Assembly: GCF_021028975.2 (NCBI RefSeq)
Contig: NC_059427.1
Location: 107,012,001 to 107,076,000, forward strand
Length of the DNA stretch: 64,000 nt
Origin: Sphaerodactylus townsendi
Lineage: Eukaryota
Direction of reading: 5' to 3'
This document shows, in pieces, positions 13,141-24,810 of this stretch. The stretch's first letter is position 1, and each line of letters begins with the position of its first letter. A program made the translations under genes and the position numbers. The notes beneath the pieces were generated by a model. It saw only the letters and a list, made by a program, of their open reading frames with translations, was not told the origin of the DNA and made no database searches.

Positions 13141-14074
13141 GTACTAAACAAATACAAGTCTACATCCAAGCATATAGGCAGCACTACAAACTGGAGGAAA
13201 TGCATACAAACAATGTGTTTCCTTTTCACACATGTGGACACACACATACTTATCAGCAATAGACATCAGCATTGCTGGGATGGACGTTTTTGATAAAATT
13301 AGGGCCTATGTTCCTGGGAGGGGCTGTGAGTCAGAGGTAGGGCACCTGCTTTGCAAGTAGAATGTGGCAAGTTTTATCCCCTGGCCTAACTAACCTGAAT
13401 TGGGTAGCGAAAATAAGTCACTCAAATTAACTAATATAATGAAACTAAATCAGTTTTTATCTAACAGAAAAGAACTGAAAATTGAAATGAATTGGATACA
13501 TTCACTGCTTGAAATCTTCCTGGAGAGCCACCACCAGGTAGAGCAGTAGGCAATATTGCCCTAGATGGGCTGTAGTATAAGGCATATCCATTATTGCCAA
13601 CTCTTCTGTTTTCTGCTCTGGGAGGTCCTAGACTATGATTGATGCTACTGGGTACTCCGGCCAATAAATATAGTTGGCAGTAAAGGGAATGCCAATGAAT
13701 TGTTTGCGAAAAGGCATCATTCAAATTGCTATTCTTCAGACATGCACTGAATACTAACACTGTTGGGCTGCCATGCTTTATTCCCACTCCCACTCAGTTC
13801 ACCATGTAATGTAGTAAGAAAGGGCTGCTTATATTTATTGATGCTGTCCTTCCCTCCACCCCTTCCCCCTGTGGGCCAAAGTAAGTTTACAAAAATTCAA
13901 ATTAAAAATAAAACCAAGCAAAACTCACTCATCAGCATAGAAAGAATAAGCAGGAAACAACAACAGATTTCCTCTAAACCCTGTACAAACATTCATTTAA
14001 AAAATTCAGCCTTGTACAAATTCTGGAACTGGAAAAAAGGAGAAACCTTATTCACATATGCCCCATTTCCCCCA

Positions 14075-14470
14075 GATTAGGCTGCTGCTAGAACATGGGG
14101 GAGGCTGAATTGCCCAGCAGAGATCACTTGTTCTGAAATACATACGCTTCCTTCCCCCAGCATTGCTACTGCTAAGAGATGTGGGAGACTCACTTGCCTA
14201 GCAAAGATGGTTGGTTCTGCAGGACATCCCCCCACCACCTGTTTCTCTGATTAGGCTACTTCTAGAATGTAGGGTTGCAAAGATGTTCATGGGAGCAAAG
14301 ATGTCTCAATTTGCTGGGTGCACGCCCCCTTCCCTCAATTAGGCTGCTGCTACTAAGGGTGGCTCAATTGCCCAGCAGAGATGGCTCGTTCTTCAGTTCA
14401 CATGCTTTGTTTCCCTGATTGGGCCACTGCTAAGAGGAGGCGGAGGATCAATTACCCAGCAGAGATGGCA
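14075..14470. repeat. Degenerate ~85-bp tandem repeat (about 4.5 units)
   Basis: Recurring GATTAGGCTGCTGCTA...AATTGCCCAGCAGAGATGG at ~85-bp spacing. Confidence 0.75.
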
Positions 14471-15124
14471 GAAAAAAGTGGAGGATAAAACTAACTCCTC
14501 CTCCTCTTCTTCTAACTGTGGCAGACAAAACTACTGTGAGGGAAGGTGAGAGGGAGCTAAAGGTTCCTTGCACAGTAGATATTTAAGGATGTCAAATTCT
14601 ATGCAGTGGAAGACACACACACACACACCCAGTAACCTTCCTTGGCCTTGCTAATCTCCCTCCTTCCGCTAGCCAAGGCACTCTCTGCTATTTCACCTGC
14701 CAGACCTTCCAATTCCTTGTCTTCTCTCAAGTTGACTGTGACCATGATAGGCTTTGGGCATTTGAGACTTCTGTGGGTGGAGACTTAGGGCATATTCTGA
14801 GCACTCACAGGGGGGAGAAGAGTTTTGTGTGCTGATGACAAAATACCTGATTTGTCCCTCTTTCCTGTGCTTTTCGCCTTGTGCTCTTCTGTGGCACTAC
14901 AAGCCCTGGAGCAGCCTGAAGTCAAATGGAGTAGAGGGGAAGAGGATGGGTCCTTCTTTTGCCTCCCTGCCACTTTAAAACTGGGAGCTGTGATATACTT
15001 GGCTTTGCCAAAGGCCATCAGTGGATCTGCACCCCCATCTGATAGGCCTGGCCTTTCCCCAAAAGCCTGATTTTATACCTTGGGAAAGGATGGGGGACAA
15101 CAATTTTAGGGCCTGTTTACATTA

Positions 15125-15370
15125 GTTATGTGCCATCAAGTCACTTCTGACTTAGGAACCAATGACCTCCAAAATGTTCTCTCATTAACAGCCTCGCTCA
15201 GGTCATGCAAACTGAGGGCTATAGCTTCCTTTATTGAATCAATTGTTCTCATGATAAGTGTTCCTCTTTTCCTACCATCTTCAATGTTCTCTAGCATTAT
15301 TGTCTTTTCCATGGAGTCTTTCACAGTGACTAAAGCACAGTAGCTTCAATTTAGTAATTTTAGCTTCTAG
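15125..15370 (-). mobile_element. RTE/BovB-type LINE 3' fragment
   Basis: Minus-strand ORF DSMEKTIMLENIEDGRKRGTLIMRTIDSIKEAIALSLHDLSEAVNERTFWRSL matches the RTE/BovB C-terminal pattern LEK.IMLG..EG.R.RGR..MRW.D....L..L.EAV.DR..WR. Confidence 0.85.
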
Positions 15371-16739
15371 TAGCATAATTACCAGATGAAGTTTTTCTTG
15401 GGCTGTACTTTATTAGGTTGTGAAGGAGCATGAGGTGTTTTTGTTGCTTCCCATGTCAAAATTATGTGTGCTGTACTTTTAAAAAATGTCTGGGGAAAAG
15501 AGGCTGTAAAACTTTCTCCTTGGGTTTGGTTTTTATTTGTTCAGAGTAGTTAAGAGAATATTCAAACATTATCAACAGATACAATAATATAAAAGTGTAA
15601 TTATTCATTAACAGGTCATAGTGGTCAACATTTATTCTATTCTTTAAAAAAGTTGTTGATATGTGCATATATATAAAAAGAAAAATATACATATAATATA
15701 TAGGGGTGTCATTTTGTACTTTTGCCTTCCTTCAAAAAGAATGTAGATCCAATCCTGGCTGTTTTCATAGCATTTTGCACATATATCCTTGAAGGATTTC
15801 CATGTTGTGATTGACTACTCAGACACTTGTAACACTGTTGACATTCCCTTTTTCTGCAGCTGCTGAATGTAAAGAAGTGAAATATGGCTGATGTGGGTAC
15901 TTAGCTTACACCGCTGCTCCTAATCTTATTTAATGCATATTTATTGGCAGCCATATGCAAAACAGAGTGCAGGAGTAATGTTGTAAATACCTCTCATGAC
16001 TTAAATGGTGTTTGTTACATTCATGGCATTACAAAGGCTGTCAAAGCCACAGTGAATTTCCTGTGGTCATGGAATATTCAGTAGTAAGTCAAAAGCTGCA
16101 AAATCTTTTCTATTGTGCTGAAATACTCCGCATGATCCTTCAACTGGTCCTGCTATGTCATTGTTTACAGGTTGTGAGAAGCTCATCAATAGTTTCATCA
16201 AGTTTGATTCAATGCTGCATATGGAGATAAAACCATTAGCACATTTTGTGAAGTGCTTGGCAGCCTTACAACATTCATAAACACAAATCAATAAGGAGTG
16301 CTATGAAAGCCAGCTGACGTTATCAGTCATCTGGTGTCTTACCATTAGGGATTAACCTGAAGAACCCAGTAATTTCAAATTGTTAATATATAGAGAGAAC
16401 TTTAAATTAAAACTACATTGGTACCATAATAAGGAAAATCTCTTTTATTTCGTTTGATACCGCAACCTGAATCATGTTTCATTTTGACCCCTAAAAAGTT
16501 GAATTCGAAAGGGCCACCTGTCATATTCTGATCTGGATGCCATTTGAAGATAGACAGGCCACAGTAGAAAAAAAAAACTCATTAAAAAGCAGCAGCTCTG
16601 AAGCAAGACAGAGCATTCGGGAAGAGTACCAATACTAACTGGCTTCTGTAACATTCAGGCAGAGGAGCAGGAGCTTTAATTAAGGAGCTAAGCAGCTCGT
16701 GGTGCATGACTAGACCTGGATTCATACTTGAGCTTACTA

Positions 16740-17930
16740 TCAGAAATGAGGGAAAACAGACAGCAGGTGTAATTTTGGAATGGCACACTGAAAGACAACT
16801 AGCCAGTAGATATGCACCCTCTTGTTGCAAGACTCCCAGTGTTATTTGTTCAGATGATTACAGAATATGTTCTGTACAGGTGGGGAATATAATTCAAGAG
16901 CCACAAAGATCTGAATCACACACATGCAGCATATTAAAATGCTAATACAGGGGAAATGCTGACAGCAGTGGTCAAACAGGGTACCAGGGCAAATTAGCAT
17001 GACAGCCAAGGGCTTCACCTTATATTGCGCTATAGCAATAATTTGCCACTGATCTGCCTTGTCCACTCAGGAAAATTCTGTTGTACTTGATTGCTATTGC
17101 ACAATTATTGTGTTATGGTTCATGCAGACACCTGGGAAAAGTGACAGCATGCATAGTCCAAAGACAATCCAGGGTGAAAACACAGGTATCCGAAAGCCAA
17201 GCATCAAATTAGAGAGGCAAATCCAAAGAACTCAAGAGAGGCAAATCCAAAGAACTCAAGCCTCCAAAGAACACTGTCTAAAATCAGAGGTGAATCCAAT
17301 AAGCAGGCTCCAACATATTAAGTTCTAGGCTAGGGCATATGCCACCAGAAGGTACACAAGGGTTACAAGCAACTTGTTTCCACACTGTTTCATCCTTTTC
17401 TGGATGCTTTTGTCAGAAAAACCCTGCTCAGGAGTAGGTGCAACTCAACTGGTAAGTTATCCAAGGACAGAAACTATTCATAAATGGTTGAGCAGCCCGT
17501 GGCTGTCAATTCTGATCCTGTGGTGACTCAAGCTCACAGACTGAGTTTGACCAGAACTTGGCTGCCAACCACATAGTAAGGTCTCACTCCTGCACTTCTG
17601 TCCAGGCCTGCCTTCTCCAATGTTCCAAAGGCTCTGGTGATCCTAGAGGTGAGACTGGCAGCTGGAGTGCTTTTGTTTCAGCTTCAGATCATGTGCTGTA
17701 AGTCTGAGGGTTTACCATGCTGACTTCAGACTAAGATTCCCCCTCTGCACTTGAAATGGTCTCTGCCTTATCCAGTGGATCTTCCTGTAGCATCCAGGGG
17801 CTGGTGCATACTTCCTCTATCTCTTCCTCATCTGAGGAGGCATTGGCAGGCAGACCTACAACAAATTGCACAGTGTTGTATGGAGGCAGCCTAGGATTAG
17901 GATTTGTTTCTGAATATTTGAACAAACCAT
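16740..17930 (-). mobile_element. Probable decayed, internally deleted piggyBac-like transposase
   Basis: Minus strand, in the expected order: an acidic N-terminal-like VVGLPANASSDEEEIEE (~17870-17815); KYNR../GVDKADQ../ANY (~17090-17030), like piggyBac YN..MGGVD..DQ...Y; and a Cys-rich tail SCNKRVHIY/ASCLSVC....CFPSF (~16835-16745). Frameshifts are required. Confidence 0.45.
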
Positions 17931-18658
17931 GTAGATGTTTTAGTTCATTTATTAAACTTTCCTATATTTGAATGCTCTAAGTATGATCTGCAGAAACACA
18001 CCATCCCTATTTTGTTTTGCTGTCTGAAAGGTAATAATGGGGACTGGCAGCAGAGAAGCTTGGCGTGCAAGAGCTCTTAATTATGAAGTTGTGATAGATC
18101 ATCTCCACACTAGATAGCGGAGTGGCATGGGCAGGCATGGCAATCAGGTGGGGCCTCTGAACAGTGGCACAGATACAGAGTGGTCGTTGCATGAGTCTAT
18201 CTGGCAGGAGATACTCTCACATTTGCAGGTGAGAGATTACCCAGTTTGCTACTGCTGCCCCCGCAGAGCACAAAGAAGAGCAACAGAGGCTGCCAAACAA
18301 AAACTAGGAGTGACCATGGGGTTTTCTGATCTCCTGGGAGGAATAGGGAGGGCTTCTGAATCCGTTCTTTCAGAGTCACTTCTACCACCATGCATGGTCC
18401 TAATACTGAAATCACCCCAATTAATGCCAGTTAATTGAACTGCCAGAACAAGCAGTTCTGATCTGAATACCAGCAAACTATACTTTAAGAGTTAAAGAAG
18501 CATAGATATTGCAGTAAGAAGCTGAGACCATTCCACCTGAAGGCTGTTTTTTAAGGTCCGTGACTTTGCATTACTAGTGATACAAATATGCCAAGATCAA
18601 TTTTTAAGACACCTAGTGGCTTGAATTCTAAAGGCTTTTATGTCCAAGTGATCACGGC

Positions 18659-19226
18659 CAGTGGTGTACCAGGCCTAAATGTTGCCTGAGGGCATGTACT
18701 AATGTACTCCCCATGCCCCACCGCCTCTCCATGCTTTCCCCTGCACCCCACTTATGGGTACCAGCAGGGAGGGTAGGGCTCATGGAAGGGCAGCTCGGTC
18801 AGGCACAGAGGCAGCAGGTCAGTTCCTAGGCCAGCCTGCCACCATGGCACCCATCTGGGATGTCTGCCACCATGCTCCATCCCCTGGTCTTTCCACAGGC
18901 CGGCTTCTGCTCTCCCCAGGGCCTGGGGAGGGCAGGAGCAAGCCTGCAGGGAGGTCGAGGTGGTGCTTGGCAGCGGGCAGCTCAGGCAGGCACCACAGCG
19001 GTAGGCCAGCTCCTGTCCTCCCCGGCCTCACTGGGGGGGGGAGGAAACAGCCTGCGGCCACAGTGAACACATTGGCCAGCAAGCAGCACCCTGGCATGGG
19101 GAGAGCTGCTGGGCACTGGCCAAGCCACCACACTGCAGGAGAGGCAGGGCACAGGGACCTGGCCAGCACTCCTCATGTGCTTGGGGACATGGGATATCCT
19201 ATGTCCCCATTAGCGGTATGCCACTG
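18659..19226. mobile_element. hAT-type MITE
   Basis: TIRs CAGTGGTGTACC and GGTATGCCACTG, both CpG-decayed forms of CAGTGGCGTACC. Degenerate 8-bp TSD (ATCACGGC / GTCAGTGC). Confidence 0.7.
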
Positions 19227-19570
19227 GTCAGTGCTAATATAACACTTCTGAAGCATACTGTTTCCCAAAATCTAGGAAACTGCTGACATCCTACAGATTA
19301 GGAAAGACCTCCCATTTTAACTGGCTACATATAAAATGCAGCAAATAAGAATTGGTTTGACGGGCCGTCACAGCCAGACGCTTCCAGAATTTCTGAAGCT
19401 TAGCGGAATTTCTGCTTAATTTATTAGGTTGTTGTTGGTATGCTTCACCGCTTTCAAGGTGCATCTTGGAGTTTATAGCGGACCCCATGGAGTTTGCGTA
19501 AGATGATGTGCCTGTGAAGTGGTTTGGCTATTTCGTCTTCGCCTTCCGCGCTTAAGTGGACCCAATTATT

Positions 19571-19662
19571 CCTTGGTGGTCTCCCATCCAAATTCCAGTG
19601 TGGATTCATTTGATTTTGAAATCTGATGAGGTCAGGCTAGCCTGGGCTTGCCAGGTCAGAAC
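19571..19662 (-). mobile_element. 5S rRNA-derived SINE head fragment
   Basis: GGTCTCCCATCCAAAT...ATCTGATGAGGTCAGGCTAGCCTGGG resembles the reverse complement of 5S-derived SINE heads. Confidence 0.6.
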
Positions 19663-19702
19663 ATTGCATATCCTGGTGGCAAAGAATGGGGCCATAAATA
19701 AT

Positions 19703-21840
19703 TGTGAAAGATTTTGAAGCTTCAAGCAATTTAAAATTTAATTTGGTAATCTGAACCTCTAAGCCGTATGCTGAGTGTAGTTGAACTTCGGTTCTAACCT
19801 GGCGGCTGGTGTTTATTGTGAGGCCGCATAATCGAGCGCCTTGGCAATGGTTTGAGTATGAGGCGGCTCCACAAGCAGTGGTGGTAAACCCACCTGATTG
19901 GTTGGGAAAAGACCAATAACATTTGGCCAAAGCCAGGGGGAGCTGGTGGGCTTACAGCATTTAGAGCTTAAAGCTGATCGGAGTCCGGCCAGAGAAAGTC
20001 CAGAGAGAGCAGTCCAGTCAGGAGCAGAGCGGTGAGTCTCGCGTAGAGGAGTCTGTCAGCTCTGGAAGAAAAAGGATTCTGTCTCAGCAGAGTTGGCTGA
20101 TTAAGAAGTCCAGTCCCTATCGGCGATGTATGCTTGACAGAGAGAGGAGGCCCTGACTGGGTGCAGGATTGAAGTGCTCCTTCAGGAGCTTTGGCAGTTT
20201 TAAAACTGCCCAGACCGCATCTTAGTTCACTTTGCCCCTGCGTAGATTTCACCAGAATCACCAGTCTGGGAGAAGCCAGTCCAGAGGTGCCGGCATTGAA
20301 GCTATCTTAGGACTAGTGGGAGAGAGGGAGGCCAAGTAAAAGCGAGAATCTCCCCGGCCGACTGGGTGAAAGCGTGTGATCAGTAAGCTGGAGCAGTGGG
20401 GAGAAGGTGGTTTCTGGGTGTAAGCGGAATTATATTTGTTCAAAGCGTAATTTTTCCTGCAAGAGACACCTAAGTGTGCAGCCTCGCGCATATGAATCTG
20501 AAGCTAACATCTTAAGCTCTGAAACCATTAAGCCGTGAAGTAGAAAGAAACTCTTTGAGCCAGCATTTTTAAGAAACCTTTCTTTTAAATTCTCGTACTA
20601 AATTTTATTTTGTGGCGAAAAGCAATTTCCCCTGTGCCAGCCTGTGTTTATGTGTGAGAGGATCAGGTGTGCCTGTCTTCGCGTAATTTGATTCCTGTTG
20701 CTTGAGTTCCCTCCATTTTTGTTAAAGGGACTCTGAAGGACATTCCCCCCCAGACCAAGTGTGTATGTGGGAGGTGGGATCCTTAATGTTTTGGCAAAAC
20801 CAGCAGCAGCTTTGGGGGAGCTCTGGTTTTCTTTTCTTTTTATGGCGGCAGCGAGGTAAAATAAGAAAGATCCTTTTAAATTCTCGAACTCTGGCGATAG
20901 CGTAGGGATCTAACGGCGAGAGATATCTCTCGCCCTCCTTCTTCTGGCAAACGGTAAAGTCTCTAAGCAGCGCCTCTCTCTTTCCCTGCGTATCCTTTAT
21001 CCTCTGCACTGAGCCTCTGGCGCTGCAGGGTTAGGGGGGCGTATCCTGTGGTTCGGCGACGCGACGTTACCGATGGCCCGCAGAAAAGGTAGGTCGACCG
21101 GGCACATAGGGATATGGCGCCTTCCAGCCGCTAAAGCTGTTTGTAAAATATGCTGGAAGCCGCCGTTTTCCATAAATCTCGCTCGGGAAGCGAGGTGGGA
21201 AAACAGCGGCTTCACAATCGCTTTGGAGGTGTGATGGCGGCACGGCTGCAAAGCAGTTGTGTTGCTCATGTTAACAGTTCCCTGGGGATTCCGCTACGCT
21301 TTTTTGCCGTCCCCAGGGCACTGTATTAGGCCCGTGCAGAAAGGGCCTGATAGAAGGAAAAGAAAAAATGTGTTTGATAGAATAGAATAGACAGATTAGG
21401 TAAAACAGCTAATGCCGTTCGGAAGTTAAAGATCCTGGGAAACTTCCAAAATGCCGGAATAGCTACTTGGGACCACGGAGTATTACTTTGGTCCCTCCAA
21501 ATTTTATTTCTTCAGCTGTCATAATTGTCAAGTATATTATGTAAAAGCTGATCACATCATACTCTAGCATCAAACGGAGTGAATGAAAATCTAAAGCCAA
21601 AGCGAAAAGGAAAGCGAATATGGTTCCTGTGCCAGAAGTTCCCATTGCATTTTAGATGGGACATGTTTACAGCCTAGGATACAGGTGAAAAGGAAAATCT
21701 GTATATTTATGCAGAAATTGGAGTTACTAAGGGCAAGGAAAGGGATTATTCCCTCACTAATAGTAATTATTTACATGCCTGATTCTACAGCAATCAGTGA
21801 AAGCTTAATCAACAGCAGGAGACCTATATTTAAGAGAGTT
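19703..21840 (+). mobile_element. LTR-retrotransposon-like remnant (LTR plus 5' internal region), boundaries uncertain
   Basis: Starts with TGT and contains LTR-like purine-rich repeats. Primer-binding-site-like TGGCGGCAGCG at ~20843. CpG-rich, with no intact gag or pol ORF. Confidence 0.45.
21000..21347. mobile_element. PIF/Harbinger-like MITE nested in the LTR-like remnant
   Basis: Right TIR CCCGTGCAGAAAGGGCC. CpG-rich body; left boundary approximate. Confidence 0.55.
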
Positions 21841-21848
21841 TATACCTA

Positions 21849-22646
21849 CCCTGTTTCCCCGAATATAAGACACATCCCCTGAAAATAAGACGTAGTAGAG
21901 GTTTTGGTGAAGTGCGAAATATAAGCGCATCCCCCGAAGCGTTAAGACGTAGCAAAGTTTTTGTTTGGAAGCATGCCCGACGAACAGAACACAGAAAAAT
22001 AAGACATCCCCTGAAAATAAGACATAGCGCATCTTTGGGAGCAAAAATTAATATAAGACACTGTCTTAGGCCGTTTCCGCACGGCCCATTTATGACGGCT
22101 GGGGCAAAAGTTTCCAGGTCGCCGTTAAGAGGCCGCTGCCGCAACGTTGAAAGCAGCGGCGACTTCTCACATTTATGACTCTTTCTTCCCTCCCCAGGGC
22201 GGTCAAGCTAAACAATGCTAAACCCTTTAAAGGGTTGTTGTTGGGAAGGGAGCGTCTTCGCATGCGGCGCGGTGCGAACCGCTGCCGCCGTGAAGACGCT
22301 GAAATCTCAAATCTCCGCCCCACTTTCACGGTGTCCTCCTCATAGCCTGCGGAAGTTTGCAGCCCCGCTTCACACTGTCGTCCGATACTCCGGGGGGTGG
22401 GAGGGCAGCGTGAAGCGGGCTGTGATGCCCCGCAGGCAACGAGGAGGACACCGTGAGTGGGGCGGGGGAGGGCGCATGCGGAGCCGCCTGCCGTCTGCCG
22501 GCCTCCATGCGGAGCCGCCTGCCGTCTGCCGGCCTCCGCTTCGCTTGCATGCGAACGGGCTTCTGCCCCCACGCCGCCTGCACTCTTGGCGGCGTGGGGG
22601 CGGAAGGAGGCCGTGCGGAAACGGCCTTATTTTCAGGGAAACACGG
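21849..22646. mobile_element. Tc1/mariner (Tigger/pogo-like) MITE with a nested Harbinger MITE
   Basis: TA flanks. TIRs CCCTGTTTCCCCGAATATAAGAC and CTTATTTTCAGGGAAACACGG. Internal repeated CCCCTGAAAATAAGAC. An uninterrupted inverted sister copy lies at 60432-60675. Confidence 0.85.
22069..22626. mobile_element. Young PIF/Harbinger-like MITE
   Basis: Perfect 18-bp TIR GGCCGTTTCCGCACGGCC / GGCCGTGCGGAAACGGCC. TTA TSD at 22066-22068 and 22627-22629. CpGs retained. Confidence 0.92.
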
Positions 22647-24453
22647 TATGTAGCTGATCGCTATGCACCTTGTCTGCTGAATTTGGTCTGTCCACACACA
22701 ATAATCTCTTTTAGCTTTCCAAAGTGCAGAAGTTCTCAGAAAATAGTGCTCAGTGAAAAGTATAGCTAAGCATCATGATTCAGACAAATTCATCTATCAA
22801 ACTCAGTCATCGTACTGTTCTGTGACATTGTTATTGTTCACAAAGCTGCATATGAAATCCAGTGCTAAAAGCTAATTAGGAGCATCCTTCAAACTGGTAA
22901 ACTCCCAGGGCAAGCATGCTAATTTAGCACTGACTCTGCTCTGTAGAATACTTATCACAATGTTTAATCAAGATTAGCTGCAAAGAATGCAAACATATAC
23001 TACACAAACTAAACAGGCATATCATGCTGTGCAACCCAAGGGAGGTGCAGATCTACAGATTCGAGATCTTGTGCATAGTTCATGCATTGGCCATTCTAGT
23101 TTTTGTCATGCTATTAACCCAAATGGTCAATTGCCAGAATGAATAATGCAAAAAATAAATACCGGTAGTTTTCTTTTGCCTGCTGCCTTCTACATGCAGT
23201 CAGAAATTAAGCAGAGGTGTATCAAATGACTACTAGTATTCATAGATATTAACAGCCATCCTGAGCCCTGCCTTGCTGCGAAGATGCAGGTTGGAAATAA
23301 AATAAAACAGAATAACTAAACAGTTGCATAAGAATGTTCTGGTGATTTGTAGGAAAGCATAATATTCGTAAATGACAACACACACCAATCTGACATCTTC
23401 ACAAAGCTCACTTTGATTGCTTGTAGCCAAAAATTTCATTCTCAAACTAATATCCTTTGTCAGGAAATTTTATTTGGGTCAATCTGGTGTGTCGGCAAGC
23501 AATTGTTCTCTTTTATAAATACATTCTCTTCCCTTCCACTAATGCCCCTTGCAACCAAGCACAAAAAAATAAGAGCTACTAGAGCTAATATCTTTCCAAG
23601 AGGGATTCTTCCTCCAAAGCTAATGTTTTAAAGACTTTACATACTTAAGTATATTGAAATGTTGTTTTGAAACTGAGTATTTCTTGGAGTCCATTTTATC
23701 ACCACACTGATCCAGGAACAGTATGTCAAAATGCTTGAATTTCAGCCAGTTCATTCTGTTGAAAGTAATACATTACGTTGGTTTAAACCCAAATATTCAA
23801 GCTCTGTGTAATTGTTTTGTTTTTGTCAAAGACTAAATTTATTGTTGTTTCCATATGCAGCAGTATAATCTAGTAGTTCTTCCCTTACTTGTATAATCTG
23901 ATTGTTCCAAGTGAGGTTCCTTGGACTTATCAAACTGAATTTGCTTTCTGGTCTCTACTTTATTTATAGATCTGCTTATTATTGCATAAATCATTCTGAT
24001 CCCAACTGAAAGATGGAGTCAGGAGCATTTGGCAAAACTGACAATCCTGCACTCTGCTGCGGGTGCCCCGCCTCTTAGGAACCCATTGATTGATCTGTTT
24101 TTTATGGAACTCTTACAGGTGAGTTGGCTTCTGAGCCACAGGCAAGCAAATTTTTGTGAGATCCAATGAAGCAACAGGAGTTACAGCCTCCAGGACTGTG
24201 GTTGAATCAATTATTCTGATGTCACAAGGGACTTTGCCAGCCTTTAGGAAGGAAGCTGAGTACAAAGAGGAAAGCTTTGGTTTTGAATACTAAGTAGCAA
24301 TGTTGCAGTCCTCACAAATTTTGGGTTCAAAAATTGAACTGCCTGTTTTTCTCTTGACTCAGCCATTTGCTATATTCAGAAGTCTGTTAAATGCTTTTTA
24401 AATGTTTTTAGAGTTCCAGAGTACCAGTATCTGGAGCAATATAAAGTGTCTAC

Positions 24454-24456
<3 letters not shown>

Positions 24457-24500
<44 letters not shown>
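24457..24500. repeat. (TC)22 microsatellite
   Basis: Read directly from the sequence. Confidence 0.95.
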
Positions 24501-24503
<3 letters not shown>

Positions 24504-24672
24504 TAGGCAAGGGCCTATGAAAAAAACTGGTGGGCCTCAATTTCTTTTCACTGTTTCTTTTGGGTTGCTCAGAATCAAATCATTTTTATATCACTCAATA
24601 TATTTCTGGATTAATACAATCTCTTACAGCATTGTTTCAAAAACAATGTTTATTTGAGGTTTATTTGAGGTG

Positions 24673-24810
24673 CAGTGGTAGGATTCAAATAATTTAACAA
24701 TCGGTTCCAAAAGGACTCAGTGGTGGGATTACAACCAGTTCTTTGAACTAGACAAAAAATTAGGTACTGGTTCTATCGAACTGGTGTGAATAGGCTAAAT
24801 CCCACCACTC
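24673..24810. mobile_element. Short hAT-type MITE related to 12666-13057
   Basis: Termini CAGTGGTAGGATT...AATCCCACCACT. No clear TSD. Confidence 0.6.

Noticed and set aside
15930-16340. hAT transposase-like motifs (TDN.S and CFAY) on the minus strand
   Set aside because: Spacing is about 120 codons instead of about 20, with no further support.
19571-19662. 5S rRNA gene (also 33190-33280) and tRNA genes (12545, 28151)
   Set aside because: They are degenerate and truncated or fused to SINE bodies, so they are SINE heads rather than functional RNA genes.
22090-22769. Overlapping Arg/Ala/Pro-rich ORFs on both strands (also at 5.3, 7.3, 11.7, 12.6, 18.8 and 26.3 kb)
   Set aside because: They lie in stop-poor, GC-rich MITE interiors bounded by TIRs or TSDs.
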